DNA of 27,767 bases from a virus (Duplodnaviria; Caudoviricetes), in the IMG/VR virus record IMGVR_UViG_3300016662_000029, positions 1 through 27,767 of that record; one strand, written 5' to 3'. A program made the translations under genes and the position numbers. The notes beneath the pieces are model-generated. The model did not search any database. It was not told the origin of the DNA and worked only from the letters and a program-made list of their open reading frames with translations. Within the stretch, counting starts at the first letter, position 1. Every line of letters begins with the position of its first letter. Shown piece after piece: positions 1-6,494 of this stretch.

Positions 1-66
1 GCTGTCACCGGAAGCATTGTTGTTGAACCAAACGACTAACTTCAATGCTTCGTGGATGTCATATCA

Positions 67-465
67 CTACTTTTTGCAGCAGCTTGCTGATGCGGTCGCG
101 ATACCGTAGGCCGCGGAACTGGACGAATAGGCAAGGGTTCCAATACTTCCTGTGATTTCAACCATCACCGTGCCTGAAGCCGAGTTTTTCTGGGCCGAGA
201 CATAGAGAAAATCACCCTTGCCAGCTGAACGGAATTCAGACCAAGGAAGAGTGACGGTACGTTGGCTTGTTCCGGTTGACGTTCTGTACGTTACATCTGC
301 AGTTGTAATGCCAGAACCCCTAACGTAGTAGGTGATGAAGTCAGAGTTGGGGTCATTCGCTGGCCCCATGTTGGCCGAATCGGTGCCGGAACTACCGCCA
401 CCGCAACCAGACAATCCGAACACAAGTGCCGCCGCTGCGGCTGCGGCCAAAATTTTTGATTTCAT
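67..465 (-). CDS. Prophage-encoded lipoprotein with MmpS-like beta-sandwich (candidate superinfection-exclusion or lysogenic conversion factor)
   Basis: Signal peptide MKSKILAAAAAAALVFG with lipobox LSGC, a Gly/Ser linker, and ITYYVRGSG..ADVTY..TVTLPWS resembling MmpS-family domains. GGGAG RBS upstream. Lies directly downstream of cI. Confidence 0.75.
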   Translation of the reverse strand: MKSKILAAAAAAALVFGLSGCGGGSSGTDSANMGPANDPNSDFITYYVRGSGITTADVTYRTSTGTSQRTVTLPWSEFRSAGKGDFLYVSAQKNSASGTVMVEITGSIGTLAYSSSSAAYGIATASASCCKK

Positions 466-469
466 GTTT

Positions 470-485
470 ACTCCCTGCAGGGAGT
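470..485. repeat. Perfect 16-bp palindrome ACTCCCTGCAGGGAGT covering the lipoprotein RBS
   Basis: Read directly from the sequence. On the minus strand the GGGAG Shine-Dalgarno is in the 3' arm, just upstream of the ATG at 465. Confidence 0.8.
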
Positions 486-526
486 TTACATAAATTTACA
501 TTTTGACAAATTCGGATTGAGAATTT

Positions 527-970
527 TTATTTGAGCAGAGCTACTTCGCTCAGCAAGTCCTCAACCGCTTTCCATGCTCGTTCATTGGACGGCGAGTTGC
601 CCGCCACATTCAGCGTGCTCAGAAGCAGGGCCCGCAGATCCGGCGAGGCTGCCCTGAAGGCCTGGCGCAAGAACTCGGTGGTTTGAGCTGCGTCCAGATT
701 TTCCGCTTCTCCTCCGGCCATCGGCCGCACAAGGCTCAACGTCCGAGTTTGGCCAGTTGCTTTTTCGCCTGTGCCGTCGGCAAGCCATGAGGGCGACACC
801 CCCAGGAACTCTGCAGCCCGACTGTTGTTCGCCGCGGTGAAGCTGTTCGTTTCCCCAATCAGTACCTTGCGGCACGCCTGGTAGGAGACGCCCAGGGCAT
901 CGGCCAGCGCCTGTGTTTTCACGCCGGCATCGTTCATGGCTTCGCGAAGCCTGTCTTTGTATGAAACCAT
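527..970 (-). CDS. cI: CI-like phage repressor (Cro/C1 HTH) with no S24 peptidase domain
   Basis: MVSYKDRLREAM..TQALADALGVSYQACRKV..AAEFLGVSPSWLADGTG is a typical XRE HTH, and the gene is divergent from cro. The start at 970 lies 7 nt after a -10 CATAAT; an alternative ATG is at 979. Confidence 0.88.
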   Translation of the reverse strand: MVSYKDRLREAMNDAGVKTQALADALGVSYQACRKVLIGETNSFTAANNSRAAEFLGVSPSWLADGTGEKATGQTRTLSLVRPMAGGEAENLDAAQTTEFLRQAFRAASPDLRALLLSTLNVAGNSPSNERAWKAVEDLLSEVALLK

Positions 971-1039
971 GGTTGTCATTATGCCTTGAAAGTTAAAAAT
1001 TCTATGGACGCATAGTTGCGTTTGTGGTTCAATTTGTTC
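971..1039. promoter_or_regulatory. Divergent PRM/PR immunity control region; both transcripts probably leaderless
   Basis: Plus strand: -35 TGGACG (1005-1010), 17-bp spacer, TG-extended -10 TTCAAT (1028-1033), cro ATG at 1040. Minus strand: -10 CATAAT (983-978), cI ATG at 970. Overlapping inverted repeats CTATG/CATAG (1002-1015) and ACGCA/TGCGT (1008-1021) are candidate operators. Confidence 0.7.
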
Positions 1040-1234
1040 ATGCAAAAAATTGAAGCGATTGAACTCCTTGGAGGCACGATGGCGAATGCAGCCCGTGCCA
1101 TTGGCGTTTCCCACCAATCTGTCCGTAAGTGGCCTGATCCACTGCCGAACCGGATCAGAGACCGCGTCCATGCGGTGCTGTACCGCAAATTGATGGCAGA
1201 ACAGGCCACACGCCGAACCAAGAAGAAGGCGTGA
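1040..1234 (+). CDS. cro: Cro-like repressor
   Basis: 64 aa, MQKIEAIELLGGTMANAARAIGVSHQSVRKWPDPLP, a classic Cro pattern, divergent from cI. Confidence 0.9.
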   Translation: MQKIEAIELLGGTMANAARAIGVSHQSVRKWPDPLPNRIRDRVHAVLYRKLMAEQATRRTKKKA

Positions 1235-1252
1235 CATGTCCTCGCCCATTCT

Positions 1253-1474
1253 TCAACGCCCAAAGCCGCGCTTACCTTGGCGTGATCGTCCATTGCCTGT
1301 CTCAACTCGGGTGGCCATGCCACGGACTCGGATTGCGCCTTCAACCCAATCGATCACAACTCGACTCGTCACAAGCACCTGCGTTGATCCGTGCGTATCA
1401 GGGTCGACGTTGATGCTCAAGGCGGTTCTTGTGCTGCTGTGCACGGGCTCAATGATGTTGGATGCGCTGTTCAT
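1253..1474 (-). CDS. Possible small hypothetical protein antisense to the early right operon
   Basis: 73-aa ORF filling the cro-cII gap with an AT-rich upstream region. No recognisable family. Confidence 0.3.
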   Translation of the reverse strand: MNSASNIIEPVHSSTRTALSINVDPDTHGSTQVLVTSRVVIDWVEGAIRVRGMATRVETGNGRSRQGKRGFGR

Positions 1475-1490
1475 GGCGGTTCAAAAATTG

Positions 1491-1521
1491 AAGTTTGGTT
1501 GCCTGAACTTTGCTTTTTTTT
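1491..1521 (+). terminator. Weak tR1-like intrinsic terminator
   Basis: Imperfect stem AAGTTTGG/CCTGAACTT followed by TGCTTTTTTTT, between cro and cII. Confidence 0.4.
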
Positions 1522-1570
1522 GGCCGTTTGAACGATACAAGACGGTTCAAGAACCTTGTGGAGTCATGTC

Positions 1571-1990
1571 ATGACGGTTCAATTCGAGTTCACATCGCGA
1601 CCGCCCATGAACCAAGTCGACCCGGCGCTGATTGCGCGTCAGCCCAGCATGACCAAGGCTCTGCAACTCTGTCAGACCCTTAGCGGCCTGGATGACAAGG
1701 CATTCGTCGGCCCAGGCGGTGTGGTCAAAGACCAGGCTCAGTGGAGCCGGATCATGGGATCTGGACAGCACCACTTTCCGCAAGACAAGCTGAATCACTT
1801 CATGGACCAGGCGGCCAACGAGGCACCAATGCTCTGGTTGGTACACAGCCGCGGCTACGACATCACGACCTTACGCAAGCTCGAAACCGAGACCGAGCGG
1901 GCCTTGCGCATCGAGCGTGAAGAGTCGGCCCGCCTGCGTGAAAAGCTGGCCTACGCCGAGTCGATCCTGCGTGGTGGGAGCGTGCGATGA
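1571..1990 (+). CDS. CII-like phage transcriptional regulator
   Basis: Position between cro and the replication genes, GGAG RBS, an HTH-like segment (KDQAQWSRIMG) and a C-terminal coiled coil. Confidence 0.65.
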   Translation: MTVQFEFTSRPPMNQVDPALIARQPSMTKALQLCQTLSGLDDKAFVGPGGVVKDQAQWSRIMGSGQHHFPQDKLNHFMDQAANEAPMLWLVHSRGYDITTLRKLETETERALRIEREESARLREKLAYAESILRGGSVR

Positions 1991-2259
1991 ATCAGTCGAC
2001 CAACATCCGCGACACATCGCCAAGCAACCCAGGAACAGAAGTCGCCTCGCTGAGGGCTCAAATCGAGCTTCTGAAGGCCGAAGAGCAAGTTCTGGTACTC
2101 GGGGTGGCACCCAATGCGATCGAGCGTTATAGAGCCGTTATTTCGGCCCGCCTGACCCTGGAACATCGGCTGATGAGCGTGCTTGCATCAGCAGAAGCAA
2201 TCCCTTCGCCCGGGTTGGGAAATGTGGGCCCATCCAGTAAGTCCGACGAGGGGGGCTGA
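1987..2259 (+). CDS. Hypothetical phage protein
   Basis: ATGA overlap with the upstream gene; ends 2 nt before the replication gene. Confidence 0.6.
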   Translation: MNQSTNIRDTSPSNPGTEVASLRAQIELLKAEEQVLVLGVAPNAIERYRAVISARLTLEHRLMSVLASAEAIPSPGLGNVGPSSKSDEGG

Positions 2260-2261
2260 CC

Positions 2262-3152
2262 ATGCGTGACTACGGGAAGGTCCACATATCTTTTTGGACG
2301 AGCGACACGATTCGAGATCTTTCTGAAGATGGGCGAATCCTCGCCTTTTACCTTTTGACTTGCCCCCATGGAACCATCGCCGGCGTGTTTCGTCTGCCTG
2401 ATGGGTATGCCTGCGAAGACCTCCAATGGAGTTCGGAAAGGGTTTCTAAAGGGTTTCGGGAACTGTTTCAAAAGGGTTTCGCAAACCGTTGCGAAACAAC
2501 GAACTGGGTATGGGTGCGCAAGCACTTCGAGTGGAATCCGCTCGAGAACCCGAATCAGCGCAAGTCTGCCGCCAAGATCGCAGCCTTGATTCCGGAGAAG
2601 TGTGGCTGGAAGCTAGATTTCATGCGGGTTTGCGGGCCGTTGCTTGGCATTGAAATTCCCCATTCAACAAACCGTTCCGAAACCGTTTCGAAAGGGTTTC
2701 TTAATCAGGAACAGGAACAGGAACAGGAACAGGAACAGGAGGAGAAGAGAGAACCTGACGGTTCCTGTCCGGACGAAAGTCCGAACGCGGTCCCGAACTG
2801 CCCTTTTGACAAGCTGATCGACCTGTACGAGGAAACGCTCCCGGCGCTTCCGACCATTCGGCGAAGCTTGTTCAAGACCGGGAAAGGCGGAACGGCGATG
2901 AAAGCTCGCTGGAAGTGGGTTTTGACAGCCTTTCACGAACGAGGTGAGCGTGTCGGCCAAAGGTTGGCAACGACGGCAGAGGAGGGCGTCGAGTGGTTCG
3001 GCAAGTTCTTTGGCTACGTTGCTGAGAGCGATTTCCTGACCGGGAAAAGTGGCAAGTTCAACGGCTGCACGCTGCAGTGGCTGATGACTGCCAGCAAGTT
3101 CGAAGACGTGCTCAGCGGCAAGTTCCATGACCAAGTCCGGGAGGCTGCATGA
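2262..3152 (+). CDS. Phage replication initiator protein (lambda O analogue)
   Basis: MRDYGKVHISFW..LAFYLLTCPHGTIAGVFRLPDGY N-terminus, QEQEQE linker, internal iteron-like repeats, followed by a DnaB helicase. Confidence 0.85.
   Translation: MRDYGKVHISFWTSDTIRDLSEDGRILAFYLLTCPHGTIAGVFRLPDGYACEDLQWSSERVSKGFRELFQKGFANRCETTNWVWVRKHFEWNPLENPNQRKSAAKIAALIPEKCGWKLDFMRVCGPLLGIEIPHSTNRSETVSKGFLNQEQEQEQEQEQEEKREPDGSCPDESPNAVPNCPFDKLIDLYEETLPALPTIRRSLFKTGKGGTAMKARWKWVLTAFHERGERVGQRLATTAEEGVEWFGKFFGYVAESDFLTGKSGKFNGCTLQWLMTASKFEDVLSGKFHDQVREAA
2437..2700 (+). repeat. Iteron-like repeats (putative phage ori) in two clusters
   Basis: AAAGGGTTTC at 2437, 2448, 2471 and 2691. Variants GAACTGTTTC (2460), AAACCGTTGC (2483), AAACCGTTCC (2669) and AAACCGTTTC (2680). 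Periodicity is 11-12 bp. Confidence 0.75.
2706..2741 (+). repeat. (CAGGAA)5 CAGGAG hexamer repeat encoding the QE linker
   Basis: Read directly from the sequence; in frame within the initiator gene. Confidence 0.9.
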
Positions 3153-4513
3153 GCCGCGCACCACGCCAAATGCCCGCGAGCCTGGAGTCCGAAGCCGGCC
3201 TTCTGGGCGGCTTGTTGCTGGACAACGAGGCAATCCAGCGCATTCCCGACTTTGATCCGGCAGCGTTCCACAACGGCTTCCACCGCCAGGTCTTTGCCGC
3301 GATCCAATCTCTGGCCGTCGAGGGGCAGCCATTCGACACCGTCTCGGTCTACACCCGCATGGTGGAGCAGGGGCTTGAGCCAGATTTGCCTGCCTTGAAC
3401 GACCTGGCCCAGTACGTGCCGAGCTCGGCGACGATCAGGCGCTATGCCCAGGTGGTGCAGGACCGGTATCGGTCCCGTCAGCTGTTGCAGGCGGCGGGTG
3501 AAATTGCCGATCTGGCGGCCAGCACAGCCACCTCGGCCGAGCAGGTCGACCGAGCCCAGATGATCCTGGCCAAGCTGGCAACGGTGAAATCGCGGAAGGA
3601 TCCGCAGCACATCCACGCAAGCATCACCGAGTACCTCACGCTGCTCCAGGACCTGAGCGAGGGAAAGAACCCCGCCATACCAACTGGCATTCATGGTCTT
3701 GATCGACTGCTCAACGGTGGTCTGCGCCGTGGCGAAGTGATGGTGCTGGGGGCTCGACCGAAGCACGGGAAGACGGCTCTCGCGTTGGCTCTTGCCAGGA
3801 ACATGGCGCAGGACTACAGCGTGCTCTTCCTGAGCCAGGAGATGCCCATCAACCAGCTCATGCATCGCCACACGGCAGCGATGGGGCCCTTTGACCTGGG
3901 GCGCATCCTTGCTGCAAAACCCGAGGACCGGGATATGTGGGAGGCAGTCAGCGATGCGGCCAGCCGAATGGGTCAGTTGCACCTGCATCACGACGATCAG
4001 TGCAGCCTGACCCTGATGGAGATCCGACGCAAGGCATTGAAGGTGCGCCGCGAGCGAGGCCTGGATGTGCTTTTCGTGGACTTCCTGCAGCTGATGGCTG
4101 GAGCCGGGGACGAGAACCGCAACCGTGAGCTCGACATCATCGTCAATGGCATTAAAGCCATGTCGATGGATCTGCAGATTGCCACGGTGGTTCTCAGCCA
4201 GATGAGTCGCAAGGCCGACGAGCACTACGGCCGCCCCTCCATGACTCATCTCCGGGATTCCGGAGCCATTGAGGCTGCCGCGGATCAAGTTGCACTGCTC
4301 TTTACCGATTGGGCTCACCCGCTCAGCAAGAGAAAGGACGAGTTCAAGGGGTTCTCGGAGCTTGAAATCGTCGCGCACCGCAATGGACCACAGGGTCTCG
4401 TGCCACTGGAGTTTCTCGGCCAGTTCCAGCAAATGCGGGATTGGACTCGCCCAATTCCATCTCGCCCAACCAGCAATTCCGCGCCCCAGACCCGGGGCCC
4501 GACCACCTTCTAG
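3149..4513 (+). CDS. dnaB: Phage DnaB-like replicative helicase
   Basis: Walker A GARPKHGKT, VDFLQLM, VVLSQMSR, LRDSGAIEAAAD and HRNGP motifs. Confidence 0.95.
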   Translation: MSRAPRQMPASLESEAGLLGGLLLDNEAIQRIPDFDPAAFHNGFHRQVFAAIQSLAVEGQPFDTVSVYTRMVEQGLEPDLPALNDLAQYVPSSATIRRYAQVVQDRYRSRQLLQAAGEIADLAASTATSAEQVDRAQMILAKLATVKSRKDPQHIHASITEYLTLLQDLSEGKNPAIPTGIHGLDRLLNGGLRRGEVMVLGARPKHGKTALALALARNMAQDYSVLFLSQEMPINQLMHRHTAAMGPFDLGRILAAKPEDRDMWEAVSDAASRMGQLHLHHDDQCSLTLMEIRRKALKVRRERGLDVLFVDFLQLMAGAGDENRNRELDIIVNGIKAMSMDLQIATVVLSQMSRKADEHYGRPSMTHLRDSGAIEAAADQVALLFTDWAHPLSKRKDEFKGFSELEIVAHRNGPQGLVPLEFLGQFQQMRDWTRPIPSRPTSNSAPQTRGPTTF

Positions 4514-4522
4514 GAGCGCCCC

Positions 4523-4828
4523 ATGAATGCACCCGAAACCCTGCCGCTTTGTGAAGTCAAGGCTGATCAACCTGAGCCAGGCGAGAAGACTTTCGCCCTG
4601 CTGTGGAGCCAGAGCCAATGTGCGCTTCACGTCGAGTCCTTGACGGACATGCTTTCCTCGAACCGTCGCGCCTACACAGACAACCGTCGAATGGACTACG
4701 TCCCGATCTTCTTCGGAAGTAATGACGCATGCCATGAGATAGGGAAGGCCTTACGCGGAACCATGGGCGATCGCCAGCGCATGCGAACGATCGCCCCTGA
4801 TCGCCTTCAACAACCCCGGGAGGTCTGA
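4523..4828 (+). CDS. Hypothetical phage protein
   Basis: AGGAG RBS; TGATG coupling to the next gene. Confidence 0.75.
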   Translation: MNAPETLPLCEVKADQPEPGEKTFALLWSQSQCALHVESLTDMLSSNRRAYTDNRRMDYVPIFFGSNDACHEIGKALRGTMGDRQRMRTIAPDRLQQPREV

Positions 4829-5406
4829 TGAACGACGAGCCGATTTTTCAAGATGCTGGTCATGCTTTGCACGTCTCTTTCCTGATTCACTCGCTGCCGG
4901 CGACGCAGATCAGCCCCACGGCATTGGTCATCGACCAATTGGTTAAGCAGAACCATGTTTGGGATGAGCTGCCGACAGCGCATGTGAGCCGGGTGAACTT
5001 CCGAGGTTTGTCGCCGCTGGAGGTTCGCGCTCAGTGTGCCCAGGTGGTTTCGATGGTTGAGCGCCACCTTCATCCTGCAGAGCGTGATGCCGTAAAGGCC
5101 ATCTATGGCCGGCAGGTCATCAAGGCCGATGGTGTGCGCGGTATCGCTGCTTACTGCGAACCCATGGTGGGGCACCCGCTTGAGTGCTGCTTGTACCTGG
5201 CGTGGCATGTCTTCATGGAACCGCATCAGCGAAAGAGCGTGACGCTTGGCGATATCGCAGCTAAGTTTGGGGCCACCCTGGAGTCGATGAGATACGGTGC
5301 TTCGCTGCTTCGAAAGAGCGGGGCCACGTTCCATGGAAGAGCAATGTCCTCTCTCGAGGAACGATTTGCTTTGGGTGGCTTGATCCCGGAATTCGTAGGT
5401 TCCTGA
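4828..5406 (+). CDS. Putative late-gene regulator (Q-like antiterminator)
   Basis: Last early gene before a promoter plus immediate terminator. C-terminal HTH-like segment VTLGDIAAKFGATLESMRY. Confidence 0.6.
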   Translation: MNDEPIFQDAGHALHVSFLIHSLPATQISPTALVIDQLVKQNHVWDELPTAHVSRVNFRGLSPLEVRAQCAQVVSMVERHLHPAERDAVKAIYGRQVIKADGVRGIAAYCEPMVGHPLECCLYLAWHVFMEPHQRKSVTLGDIAAKFGATLESMRYGASLLRKSGATFHGRAMSSLEERFALGGLIPEFVGS

Positions 5407-5423
5407 CGCGAAACTTACAAAAC

Positions 5424-5453
5424 TTGCGTGGTAACCGCCGATGGTGGTATAAA
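5424..5453 (+). promoter_or_regulatory. Late promoter (pR'-like)
   Basis: -35 TTGCGT (5424-5429), 18-bp spacer, TG-extended -10 TATAAA (5448-5453). Confidence 0.7.
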
Positions 5454-5502
5454 TATGCCAGTCTTGGAAAACTTGTATCCGAGACAGGTTGAAAGAAATC
5501 TC

Positions 5503-5539
5503 AAAGCCCGCACGGTTCGCCCTGCGGGCTTTTGCTTTT
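5503..5539 (+). terminator. tR'-like intrinsic terminator
   Basis: Stem AAAGCCCGCA / TGCGGGCTTT followed by TGCTTTT, about 50 nt after the late promoter. Confidence 0.8.
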
Positions 5540-5691
5540 GGGCCCCAATCATGCCTGGAACCCGAACAGGCCGGCCGGGGGTAAACGGCCGGGGAATACG
5601 GCCACGCGCGCCAGTGGTCATCGGGGGCGGCGCGAACGGTTCGCCCTGCTGCCCTGCTTCTGCATGGCGGTGAATCCGAAGGGCGAAGAAC

Positions 5692-6033
5692 ATGAAGCCA
5701 CGCATCGCAGCTGCACCAGTTCGCATCGGTATGGCTCAAGGCCGCCAGATCACACAGGCGCCCAGGATCTCAGCAACACCCCGTCTGCGCGGCAGCGCCT
5801 GGATGAAGCGCCGTGCTATCTGGCTGCGTGCACACCCGCTGTGCGTGCACTGCGAGACTGAGGGCCTCACGGCACGGGCTGAGGAGGTCGACCACATCAA
5901 GCCCCTGTGGGCTGGCGGCGTGGACTCCGAAGCGAACTACCAAGGTCTCTGTCGCGAGCACCACAAGGCCAAGACGGCCCTGGAGGCTGCGGAAAGGGCA
6001 AAGGCTGGCATCGCGGGTGATCGTTGGGCCTGA
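5692..6033 (+). CDS. HNH endonuclease (HK97 gp74-like packaging cofactor)
   Basis: CVHC..EEVDHIKP..GG..NYQGLCREHHKAKT; immediately upstream of cos and terS. Confidence 0.92.
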   Translation: MKPRIAAAPVRIGMAQGRQITQAPRISATPRLRGSAWMKRRAIWLRAHPLCVHCETEGLTARAEEVDHIKPLWAGGVDSEANYQGLCREHHKAKTALEAAERAKAGIAGDRWA

Positions 6034-6059
6034 TGCGATCTGGCGCGTGCAGGTGGCAT

Positions 6060-6145
6060 GCACAGGGGCCGGGGGCGGTCAGATCTTTGGGGTGAATCGG
6101 GCTGGAAACCGCACGGTTCCTCACGCGCAGAAAAAATCCCCATTC
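6060..6145 (+). other. cos packaging region; candidate cohesive end CGCACGGTTC (6110-6119)
   Basis: Intergenic between HNH and terS, with a G-rich run and a downstream A-tract. The 10-mer resembles the phiE125 3' overhang CGCCCGCTTC as I recall it (8/10). Confidence 0.6.
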
Positions 6146-6158
6146 AAAAGGAAATCAA

Positions 6159-6485
6159 ATGGCAGGCAAACCAGGTCGCAGCGGTGGCGCTCGTCCGGGG
6201 GCCGGCCGCAAGCCCAAGGCGCCCGTCACGATCAAGATCGAGGTGCCGCCGTCCATCGAGACGCTGGCCCACACTGACCCGAAGGTGTTCCTGCTGGCGC
6301 TGATGAACGACCTGCAGGCCGACGTGAAGCTGCGGGCTGATGCAGCCAAGGCGCTGATGCCGTTCATGCACCAGAAGCGTGGCGAAGGCGGGAAGAAGGA
6401 AGAGCAGGCCGACAAGGCTAAGAAGGCAGCAGGCGGACGGTTCTCATCTGCGCCGCCGCCCCTGAAGTTGGTCAACAAGAAGTGA
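6159..6485 (+). CDS. terS: Terminase small subunit
   Basis: GRSGGARPGAGRKPK N-terminus, AAKALMPFMHQK..GKKE motif, directly upstream of terL. Confidence 0.88.
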   Translation: MAGKPGRSGGARPGAGRKPKAPVTIKIEVPPSIETLAHTDPKVFLLALMNDLQADVKLRADAAKALMPFMHQKRGEGGKKEEQADKAKKAAGGRFSSAPPPLKLVNKK

Positions 6486-6494
6486 TGCGCTGCC

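Noticed and set aside
11-51. Inverted repeat GAAGCATTG/CAATGCTTC downstream of the lipoprotein gene
   Set aside because: Large loop, no U-tract, and context cut by the window edge, so a function cannot be assigned.
980-1249. N-terminal extension of cI given in the ORF track (240 aa)
   Set aside because: It overlaps cro and the promoter region; the true start is at 970 or 979.
2706-2741. CAGGAA tandem repeat as a phase-variation locus
   Set aside because: Unit length of 6 preserves the frame, and QE linkers are common in phage initiators.
3014-4735. 573-aa minus-strand ORF
   Set aside because: Antisense shadow of dnaB, expected in GC-rich, codon-biased DNA; no motifs.
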